Below, one piece after another: positions 51,119 to 62,000 of a stretch of DNA of 64,000 nt. Under the pieces are notes generated by a model. The model was not told the origin of the DNA and ran no database searches. It saw nothing but the letters and a program-made list of their open reading frames with translations. The stretch's first letter is position 1. Each line of letters starts with the position of its first letter. Position numbers and translations under genes: made by a program. This stretch comes from Octopus sinensis (Eukaryota): NCBI RefSeq assembly GCF_006345805.1, contig NC_042998.1, positions 139,500,001 through 139,564,000 on the forward strand, read 5' to 3'.

Positions 51119-52137
51119 GTATATTTTAAACGTTTTCAAGTCTGATTATCTTGGCGGGGGGGTGAGAGGGGGGGTTAAACAACACAACGAGTTGCTTCCC
51201 TTGTCCCATTCAAGTCTGCCTTTAGTCTTTATTTAAAACAAATTTTAAAATCATAAACTGAAAGAATACCTTACATCTCTCTCTCTCTCTCTCTTTCTCT
51301 CTCTGTGCATGCGCACGCGTGTGTGTAAAAAAATGCACCTCATGAACCAATAAATGGTGTTTCATCGTTCTTTCCAAAGAAATGAAGATTGAAACACAGA
51401 AAGAATTTGAAATCGGAATGAAGGGGAAAGAAGAAAATACTGCACTCTAAAATATACGCCACTCTATAACTGTTGCAGCGAGAAAATATTAATAATAACA
51501 ACAATCATAATAATACAGAAAAATAGCCAATCGTCACTCGCGAAAGAGCGTGACCTGATTGCTGGTACCATATTTTCGCAAATTGCTTTTTAGTGCTTGT
51601 GCAGTCACGAGCAGACATAAAAACTCTCGCGGTACCTCCATCCCTTGAGCCATTGACACATCCAAAATGTGCCGCTGGTGCGAGAGTGAGGGAGCTGCAC
51701 CTGTATACGACTTGTAGTAATTTTCAACTGAGTAGAGAGAAGGAATATGAAATGAAGAACCATGCTCAAGGACATAACACGCTGCCTGGTTCATAAATTG
51801 AAGGCAAGATATTATGATCACGTAGTTTAATATTGCTTAGTATTTCATCTGACACTCTACTGTTTCAGCCAGACACATCTTGGGGTATGAAATAAGAGCT
51901 GATACAGATCTCTCCCCAACCACACATACACACAAGTTTAATCCATCAATATGTATTACATTATAATAACATACTGGAGTTTAAACGATGTGTTAATATT
52001 GAAGTTCTTAAATACCTTGGATATAGTTTTATGCGGTTTAAACATAAACTCAGTACATATATACAGTACACACACACACACACATTTTTTTCTCTCCTTT
52101 TTTTCTCTCCTTGTTTCTCTCCTTGTTTTCTGTGTCC

Positions 52138-52173
52138 CTTTCTGTAGAAGAGCGTAGGCTCGAAACGTAAAAG
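52138..52173 (+). ncRNA. Hammerhead-like motif (non-canonical U6) in a ~180-bp repeat; second copy at 59468-59502 on the minus strand
   Basis: CUUU-CUGUAGA-A-GAGC(GUAG)GCUC-GAA-ACGU-A-AAAG. Confidence 0.5.
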
Positions 52174-52959
52174 ACTTTTTCTATTCCTGAGCGTTATACT
52201 AATACATCTGTTTCTTTTGTACACCACCTGTCTTCGTATTTTGTTTTTTTCGTAAACTCTCTCTCTCTATATATATATATGTGAATCTTGCATGCATGAA
52301 GTGGATTCGATCCACCACAGCCAAATTTAAATTAACACTGCAACAGAAATTTTCCCAAATTGGAACAATGGTTTGTTTTTTGACAGCAGTTTTTACATTT
52401 TCCAGATGCCTTTAGCTAGGCCGAAATAATGTCTTCACTACTTGACCCTTTCTAACCTCTTCTACTTCACCAAAAGCTAGAATAGAGATAACAAGACAAT
52501 CAACTAAATCTATTGTTCTCAATGATATATCTATCCTTCTGGATAGTTATATAAGCAAGCACACCCCAAGCAAAAATTAGTTAGTCACCAGTCGGTGACA
52601 AACTCAGTGAGAACGTAGTCTGGCTGACCAAACTGATATATGCAATTAGTCACAGGTATGAAACTAGTGACCAGTCAGATAAAGTTATCATAGTAAGTCA
52701 TGCGTTCAAACATTGACCAAAGCAATCCTTCGAATCCTCTAACAATTATAGAAACTTTATTCTTACTAGCGAGAATTATGTCATTGACCTGATTATAAAC
52801 TTTGAGAGAACGTGAAATAATCCTTCCTTAGAACAGTGGATCTCGAAGTAGACAGAGCTATAAACAATAGATTGCAAATATCGAACTACAAACATATTTA
52901 CATACTATATATTGCTTGTAGCTTTGTCTGCTTCGAGATTCACTGTTCCAAGGAAGAAA

Positions 52960-53037
<78 letters not shown>

Positions 53038-53132
53038 CATACATACATACATACATACATACATTACAAGGAACATTCGCAGCTGATTTTCTCATCAGTT
53101 GGTTTCCGAGACGTCTCAGTGGTTTCACGCTA

Positions 53133-54385
53133 TTAGGTTGTTCCGAAAATAATGGCCGCTCTAACTGTTGTGTTTTGAAACGTAATTTTATCATAGTATT
53201 TTAATTATGTTTTAGGTGACTTTCGACATACTTATTAATTCATGTATGCTCTTTAATAATTTTCTGCTTATTTCAAGCAGAAAACACTCTTGTAGCATAG
53301 GCGCCCTTAATTATGAACATGACAAAAAAAAGGACCTTCTCTTTATTGCATGAGTTTCAGCTTGGGCACAATGCCTCCCAAACTGCTGTCAATATCAACA
53401 TAGCATGGGGGAGGAGTCCACAAGTGATCGCACAGTACGAAAGTGGTTTCAGAAATTCCGTAGTGGTGATGAGAGCCTTGAAAATGAAAAAGGTAGAGGA
53501 CGGTCATGCAGTCTTGATAATGAACAATTGAAAGCAACTGCTGAACAAAACCCACGTCAAAGTGTCAGAGAAGTGTCTCAGGCACTTGGTGTCGATATTG
53601 TAACGGCCTCACGTAATCTGCAGAAGATTGGTAAGGTGAAAAAGCTCGATAAATGGGTACCGCATGAGCTCAATGAAAATCAAAAAGTTCGGCGTTTTGA
53701 AGTGTGCTCGATCCTCTTCTTGTCCGAATAGTCTCTTGAGATTAAAAGTAGATCCTTTATGATAACTGTAAACGATCAGGTCAATGGCTTGATCGTGATG
53801 AGGCCCCCAAACATTTCTCAAAGCCAAAGGTTCATCAGCAAAAGATTATGGTGACTCTCTGGTAGTTTGCAATTGGTGTTGTCCATTACAGCTTTCTGGA
53901 AGCCAATCAGAGCATTACAGCGGAGGTTTACAGCAATCAACTCGCTGAAATAATGCTCACTTGCAAAAAATGAGGCCAGAATTGGTGAAATGGCGTGGTC
54001 CAATTATGCTCCACGATAATGCAGATCCACATGTTGCAAGAATGACGCTGCAGAAACTCACAGACTTGAGATGAGAGACTTTACCACACCTTCCATATTC
54101 TCCTGATCTGTCACCCGCTGATTACCACTTTTTAAAGTATTTAAACACGTTTTTAAGTGATAAAAGATTTCAGGTCCAAACCAGAGGTGGGATCAGTTTT
54201 CAAAGATTTCTTAGCATCAAAGCCAATAAGTTTTTATCAACGAGGCATAAACAATCCCATTGATCGATGGCAGAGATGCATAGATGTTCACGGCTCATAC
54301 TTTGACTAATCAAAACATTTCTATTGTTAATTTTTCCAGAATAAAATTGTTACTGAAATCGGCCGTTATTTTCGGAACAACCTAA
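53133..54385 (+). mobile_element. Degenerate full-length mariner transposon
   Basis: TA|TTAGGTTGTTCCGAAAATAATGGCCG ... CGGCCGTTATTTTCGGAACAACCTAA|TA; RTVRKWFQKFRSGDESLE, KKLDKWVPHEL, YSPDLSPADY. Confidence 0.93.
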
Positions 54386-54536
54386 TAGTTAAAACTAAAA
54401 CCACTATTATCAACGGGTGCGCCAGAGCATAGAGCTACAGGGAGAACTGACGAATATGTGCGAGGATAGGATAAAATATCATTGCGTGTACAATAAGAAA
54501 TAATGACAAGATATAACACACGCGCACACACACATA

Positions 54537-55550
54537 TTGCGTGTCAAATTATTAGGCACCTCAGTTTTTTTTGCAATAACAGAGTACTTGTACGTTCGAA
54601 TCCAGATATTTTCCCACTGCATGTTGATAACACACATCTGCATGTATTCTACCAAAATAAATCTGATCCAACCATACGTAAAGAAACAACGGCCATTTTT
54701 GTTAATAAGCATAATATTTACCGTCCTAAATTATTAGGTAGGTCTAATAAAAATGTTAATTATGCAAGAACAAACATTTATTTAATGCAACAATTAATTT
54801 TTAACAACAAATATAATCATAACGGACTTTATAATGAACACAATACTATGTTTGAATGGAAATAATACAAGAAATATGACGTCATAAAGTTCTTAATGAT
54901 GGACGTATGATCCTCCACATGAGAGAACGTCCCTCACGCGTTTATCCATTGAATTTGTCAAGGTAACTATTTCATCTGGTGTAATACTGTCAGCAGCATC
55001 CACAATAGCTTCCCAGAGCACATCTTTCGTGGAAAACTGCCGTCCATCTTGATATATCTTCTTCTTCAGAACACTCCATAGATTTTCAATCGCGTGTAAG
55101 TCGGGTGAATACGCTGGCCACTTCATCAAACGGTATCCAGAGAAGCCTAATAAATTGCTGTTGGTATTCCAGAGATTTCTTAGCTGCACGGGAGGGCGCA
55201 TTATCTTGCATGAATACCTACGTTCTATTTAATGAAACTTTGTGCTTCTTCAACCATGGCTTAAAATTGTCCCCCCAAAAAGCAACATAGGCATTAGATG
55301 TCATCTTAATTCCGTATGGAACTTTCCAAGGATCAACCAACTTGTCTCCAATGATGCCAGCCCAAATCATGACTTCGCCTCCCCTTTGTCGACGTCTACA
55401 AAGACTCTACAAATTTCTTCACAGTTCGATTATCTCTTCCCAGGATCTTTGATATTTACAATGTAGTTTTTGTTTTCCTAACCTCTGAGACGCTGGTGGA
55501 CATCTCGTTTGATGTTAAATCACGATTTTGACCCATAATAAGACTTTTAT
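54537..55550 (-). mobile_element. Tc1-family transposon remnant (internal deletion, 5' TIR lost)
   Basis: MGQNRDLTSNE start at 55536, GGEVMIWAGI, KWPAYSPDLHAIENLWSVLKKKIY, stop at 54893; one terminus TA|TTGCGTGTCAAATTATTAGGCACC. Confidence 0.85.
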
Positions 55551-55554
55551 TGGG

Positions 55555-56770
55555 TACTTGCCTTATAATCCAGGAGTCGCCTCTTGTGACTTGGTTGGCG
55601 GCTCCGTCTGCTTTTTCGTTCTTTTACGAGTCACCGTCTGAAAATCTATGATTTCTTCAGACGGTGTCTCTATGGCCTTTACTAGCTCCCTTTTTTCTTT
55701 TTCTTCCATCTTTTCGTTATTGGCGGTCGCCCTCTGGGTAATGGCCTCCTTGTATGGAGGCGCCGCCTCTTTTTTTTCCATCTTTAGGTGTTTTTTCCCC
55801 CTCGGTCTCCTCCTGGGGAGGCGAGCACTTGGACCTCAGGTATCCCTTCTTTCCGCCTTTGATGAACCGAGACTTCCTTTCCTCAACATTTAAAGATTGC
55901 ACTGTCTCCTCCCCAATGTGGATTTTTTCGGGGAGATTTTCGAGGTCACTGGAAGTGGCCCGTGCCAGTACTTCCAAAGTCTGTCCCTTACAGTTCTGTG
56001 GAGCATCTCTGGAAATCTAGATAAAGTTTATCTTCTCTTCTCCTCGAAATAACAACGTGGCCACAATCCATGCTACCTCTACTTCTGGTGGTATATTCTT
56101 AATCGTGATCCGGGACGTTCTGCGTCCCAGATACAATGGCAGAAGTGCTATTTGTTCATTTTGTTCGGGTCGAGTACTCACGAGCTTTCTCTGCTGACTC
56201 GAACTTTGCCTCCACTGTTGCATACTTGGTGCCACGGGCTAGATACTTGATTTGCTTCGTTACTGGTCCGAGGCATTTTCAATAGTACTTTCTTCGAAGT
56301 GCTGCAAATTTTTATTAATTAAGTCGTAAGTCTTATAAATTATTGCCCTTTCTTTTTTTTTGTTTATAATTTCGCTTAGTGGGGAGCAATTTTGCTTTCC
56401 CCGTCTTCTGTCATGACAGAATCTCTGCATTTTCCGGTGATATTATTTCATGTTGTCTTCCCACAACGGAGGCAAAATATTTTTTTGCATGTTGTTGTTT
56501 CTTCTACCGAAGACATGGTTTTTTATAAAGTTCCAACACAGGAGCAAAAAAAAAAAGATACACACAAAGTTAAAAAAATCCTTCCCCCTTATGGGTGGAT
56601 AACAATTCAACAGTGTTCCCCGCCCCACAAAAAAGTACTTTCAACAACGTTTCTATTACGGGAAACCAACAGCAAATAAATCAACAAAGTCTGTGAGAAG
56701 GTAACAAAATTAAATAAACTAGCCTTACGGTCGCAACGGTGTAGCTAAAAAAATCACTTGCCGAAGACAG
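55555..56770 (-). mobile_element. L1/Tx1-like ORF1 remnant (element B), 3'-truncated
   Basis: IALLPLYLGRRTSRITIKNIPPEVEVAWIVA and a decayed knuckle (..GKKGYLRSKC); homologous to element A. Confidence 0.7.
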
Positions 56771-56779
56771 AGATGATTG

Positions 56780-58590
56780 TAACATATTTCATTTTATTGG
56801 CCAATATGGTCCCTACACAGAAGGGACGAACAAGGATAGACAAGACAGCACAAGTGGGGTCAAAATACATAAACGGATGAATGAAATGAAATTATATAAA
56901 AATGATGTAATGGCTACTCGACCCCACTTCCGAGTAGTACCATTTTAACGATATTTTCCACTATTTTTAAATCCTACGTTTATCCAAATAATTATCTTAG
57001 TAAATGAAACGTGGCTTCAAATTTTCAAATTCCACCACATGTGGTAAATTGTCATGTCTTATCTCTAACCCTAATGGGTTTACGTAGTCCCCAAAATTTG
57101 CTTTCAATTTTTTTTATAGTTTTTAATATCAATCAATATGTTTTCCATACCTGGAACTCGTATATTATCCTTTTCTGTAACTCTTGTCACTGACTTCATA
57201 TTCCAGATTTTTTCTTCGATGGCGTATTCGTCCAATAGTGTGTTAAATAGGCCCTACTTTTGTAAGTGTTGTGTTTCTTGTGTACCTGCTTGTGCTGCTG
57301 CTTGTGTGTATTCAAGTTGAGGAATCTGTACTGTCAGAATTTGTTCGTGTATACCTGTAGTGTCTGTGAGTGCTTGTGAATATTTTACTGGAGTTACCGG
57401 GCTGTATGTGCGTGGTTGTGTATATTTAGTTGGGGATTCTGGGCTGTCTGCGATATTCTTGTGTGTTTGTTGTAATGAAGAGTGCAGTGTAGGCGTTTGT
57501 GTGTCACTTCTTTCTCTTTCTTTTTTTAGAGTTCTTGGGGTAGGGGGTAGTTTTTGATATCTTTCCTCTTTCTGTTCTGTATTTCTTGGACTTCACCTCT
57601 CCTCTCCGCATCTACATCCTCTGTACCTTCCTTCAGCTTCTCGTCCCTGCTACTTTCCTCTTGTTTCACCTCCATGGAAATTTGGTTGTTGAGAAGGGGG
57701 CAACTTGTCTTAATATGGCCCTTATCTCTGCAGTGGTAGCATGTGGGAGTTTTTCCCTCCACTACCACACGTAGCCTCACATCCTCAGGCAACTCAATTT
57801 CCTCCGTTGTCTCTTCTAGGTCTAGTGTGGTGGCCTGAATCATGACTTCTAGGCCACATCCCCACTAATTCATCTGTTTAGTCCTGTTTACCTGCAGCAC
57901 TTGAGGGTCATCTTTCGTATCCATCAGGATAGCTGCTAGCAGTCACATCTCGTTTATCGCTGGGAGCACCCTGTCAATTCTCACTCTTTGCCACTCGCTT
58001 TCCGAGATAAGTTGGCAGGAGTGCCAATTTTTCCGATTTCAAGGTCACAGTAGAGTGCTTTGCTGCCTCCTCCACAGTTGGGAAGCGCACCTCCACTGCG
58101 CCAAACTTCCTTCCTCTACAATAGAAATCTATATTATTTCTTTTAAGCATTTTTCCAACTCTTCCTCTTTCACTATTTCAATTTTCTTGGTTGCTAATGA
58201 GAGGGTTCTGTAAACCACTTTTCTCATTCTTGTTTCTTGTTATTTCTTCTGGCGGAGTCAATTTCAATTTGGACCCTTCTCTTTGTAACAATTTTCTACT
58301 CTTCTTCACTGTCTCGAAGTCTACAGGCACCTCTCTGACCTCCAGCTGTTTAACAGTCGCAACAATATTATCGTGGCCTGCTACTGAAGCGTAGCTCCCG
58401 GCACGCACTTCCTCCATGTTCACTGTAACTTTCGCCCCCACTGGGGGAGAAAATACAATAAAAGCAAACAATATAACAAAGTCAAACAATCAGCAACAAC
58501 AGGTAACCCCGCTAGGGAGGACCTTCAATAAAGGACAACCCATCCGTAACGATACAAAAATCAACTGAGAACGAAACAATCTCTTCGAAA
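56780..58590 (-). mobile_element. ORF1-only L1/Tx1-like non-LTR element (element A, ~1.8 kb)
   Basis: MEEVRAGSYASV start at 58417, KFGAVEVRFPTVEEAAKH..LALLPTYLGKR, CCHC knuckle CYHCRDKGHIKTSC (57700-57741), 3' UTR ending AATAAAATGAAAT; bounded by agatgattg on both sides. Confidence 0.75.
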
Positions 58591-59147
58591 AGATGATTGG
58601 AGCAATGGTGAAAAAGATATCAATGTTAATTTATTGATACATTTGGGCAAGTCTATGTCTGTATTATCAGATAATTTCAAAAAATGTTCAAAAAAGAAAT
58701 TCAAAACTATATATATATAATATATACATATATATGTTGGTATATGTTTGAGATGCAATGAAGTGAATTTAGATGATTGTGGATTGCACTTACTTGGTTG
58801 TATCGTCCGTTAGAGTGTTTTTGTTGCTTTTAATTGCAATTGATGTACGATTGTATGATTGAATAGATAACGCTCACGCTCATAATACATAGACATTTGA
58901 ATTAATTTTTACAAATCCAGCCGTCCATTCACACAGAATTTCGTCTATCTTTAAACCATGACCTTGAAATGACTTATAAAAGGGAACTGTTATTGTGTAT
59001 ATAAGTCGAAACAATTTGTTGGCCTTTTTGATTTCTTCAATAATTGTTTATGTTATATAATATTGTATTATATTATATTCATAGTATATTATGTAATATT
59101 ATAATATAAATAAATTATTGGATTGTCAATAGTATCTCTATTTAATT

Positions 59148-59372
<225 letters not shown>

Positions 59373-60629
59373 AGTTGAAAATTGTAGAAAAACAAAAGAC
59401 GAAAACAGGTGTATGAACAACAAGCAGGTGTATTAATTTGACGATCGGGAAAATGAAATAAAAAGTATTTTACGTTTCGAGCCTACGCTCTTCAACAGAA
59501 AGGAATAAGAGAAAATAAACAGAGAGGGAATGAAAAAACTTGTAGATTTAGCGGTCAAGCATGGAAAACCATCGAGCCAATGAGGGAGCGTGTATATGGC
59601 TTATCGGCATGATAGAAATAGCCGTTATATCTCCCTCAAACCCCTTTAAAGCCATAGAGGGAAAGGAAACAGTAAATAATGTAATCGTAGATATGCCCTA
59701 AAAGGAATACCTTCGATCACCAGAGCTGACTTGGGGTTAAACAGCAATAGTAACAACTGAAACCGAAAGCTAGTGTCTTCAGAAACGCCTGTCCTTATCA
59801 AGTGTAAAATTATGTGATCAGTACCTTGGGCACACTGGGCAACTGTTCGCAGACATCACGGGTCTAAGGGCCCAATTCTGATTTATGTATGCTGTGGCTT
59901 GAAGTCAATAAATAAATACTATAGGGTCCAGTGTAGTGATTTGCCCGAGGGTTTCTAATATTTAAAATCCCTTACTGTCTTGCAAATAGTGCTACATTGG
60001 TCGGTATATTACTAGATGTGCCATGTTTAAAGACAAGACAGCATAGTCACAGCCGGAACACATTTGGTCATAGATATACTACTCAGTGTTATCCTAGATA
60101 GACCTAGGTTAAAAGTTACTCAAAGGGTGATTACTGGCAGTGGATGTTGAGAAGTTGTGCGCAGGCATGACTATATTGGACCGGGTAATAAATATGGTTA
60201 TGAGACATTTTGGCACAGCTGTTTTGGCGCCGCCTGTTTGGAGTTGCTGACTCGACGCCGACTTGTTTGATATCAGACATTTTAATATTTCTCTTCTCTC
60301 TCTCTCTCTCTCTTCTCTCTCTCTTTTCATGTCTGTGAGCATATTTCTCTTTATACATATGAGAGGGAAAGTGTTTGTGACAATTGTGTTCAATTTATAA
60401 ACTATACTGTTTCTCTCTCTCTCTTTCTCTCTCTTTCACTATCTCGCTCTATTTATCTTTATGTGTATACTTCTGTGAGTGCCTGTGTTTACCTCCAGTG
60501 CCACAAAGTACTGTCGCCAAAACAAGGTGAATGTCCAGACAGCCGTGATGAATCTTCAGCATCCAAACAGCGACGTCCAATCGTCCCATTACACATGTTT
60601 CATACAGCATGTGTGAATTTTATACAGAA

Positions 60630-60647
60630 CTACTACTACTACTACTA

Positions 60648-60682
<35 letters not shown>

Positions 60683-61875
60683 ACAACCTGTGAGCGCCCG
60701 CGTTACACCCGCACTAACATCCTCCGTTGTCTAATAGCAAACATCCAAGAACAGCAGGATAAACAGTTTCCTGTCGTCGACCGAGGTGGTTCTTGTAACA
60801 ATGTTTGCAAGTTTGTTTCTAAATTTTGACAGTCGTGCGCAGAAAGCTCCCGACCAGTGTGTGAGATCTGGATGTTGAGATGCCGTGTATAGGTATGAAT
60901 ATACTGGCTCTTATAAAATCTTTCAAAATATAGAAGCATCATTGCTCTGAGTTCTGATGAGCTGTGTGTAATGTGCGTTTAGTAGAGATCTGTTACAGCA
61001 GAAATCTGATTCTTGCGATGTAAGCTGTTGGTAGTGAGTTAGTTTCACAGTATCGGCTCCATTATCTGCGGCAATCCTACGGACTATTTTTAAGCCTGCA
61101 TGGAATTTGTTGCTTATGTCTGATGAAGCATTCATCCAGGATAGATTGACATACGCCAAAAGCTTCAGATTTCTGTTTTGTAAGCGAGGACTCTTCCTTT
61201 TATGTCCAGCTTGTAAGTTTTCAGAGCGCTCTAAGTTTCTGTGTTGCTCAGTAGTGAAAGTATGTTCTACCTACACCAACCTATAGCCTATGGTCACATC
61301 CGGAATCTCCACCAGTACTTTCATAGGTAGTCTGCAATTCTCAAAGAGCAATTCAAGTTTTTATAGGCTTGTTTTCCTTAATAGAACTATTGATTAATAT
61401 TTTAAGGGCTCAGGTGTTACTTTTTTATCGTCTGCCTTGACAAGTTCTCTGTGTAAGCTGGTTGCTGACTCATTACTTTCTCCTGTCGATCTTTCTGTTG
61501 GTTGTAAATAGCACGGAGTCATCGATAAAGTGGTACAGCTAGATTTCACTGGCGTTGATCAGGTCATCTCTAAAGACTGAGAACAGCAGAGGTGGTGCAA
61601 GTATTAAGCTTTGTCGGATTGATGAATTGGTAATTGATGAACGAGTGATACTGAGGGATGATATATTAAAGAGGCTTCGAAGTCACAACAGCTACTTCCT
61701 ATCATACTCCCTTGCATTCCAGCTTGGTGTAAAATTCGTTCCATCAAGCTTTGCTCAAAGATCCTTGCGCTATGCATCAAGGGAATTCTTCCATTTTTGG
61801 GTAAGTAAATTCAGAAGATCTACTGTGCCATGGTTTGGTCGGAAGAAATCGAATTACTTTTTAGAGATGAATTGA
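60630..61875 (-). mobile_element. Old, degraded CR1/L2-like LINE 3' fragment with a (TAG)n tail
   Basis: The minus strand reads LILAPPLLFSVFRDDLINASEI*LYHFIDDSVLF (RT 'GS.LGP.LF..F.DDL..Y.FADD' region) and runs into a (GTA)n array at ~60630-60680. Confidence 0.6.
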
Positions 61876-61929
61876 GAATTATATTATGAATGTACACATG
61901 ATATCTATCTATCTATCTATCTATCTATC

Positions 61930-62000
<71 letters not shown>

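Noticed and set aside
53070-53130. CTGATGAG...GAA on the minus strand as another hammerhead
   Set aside because: No credible helix II or GAAA-N-UH arrangement. Other CTGATGA hits (about 60954 and 61130, and in exons) also lack the second core half.
53405-53731. Domesticated mariner or SETMAR-like gene
   Set aside because: The transposase is broken by stops and frameshifts and flanked by intact TIRs and TA TSDs; there is no SET domain or splice link.
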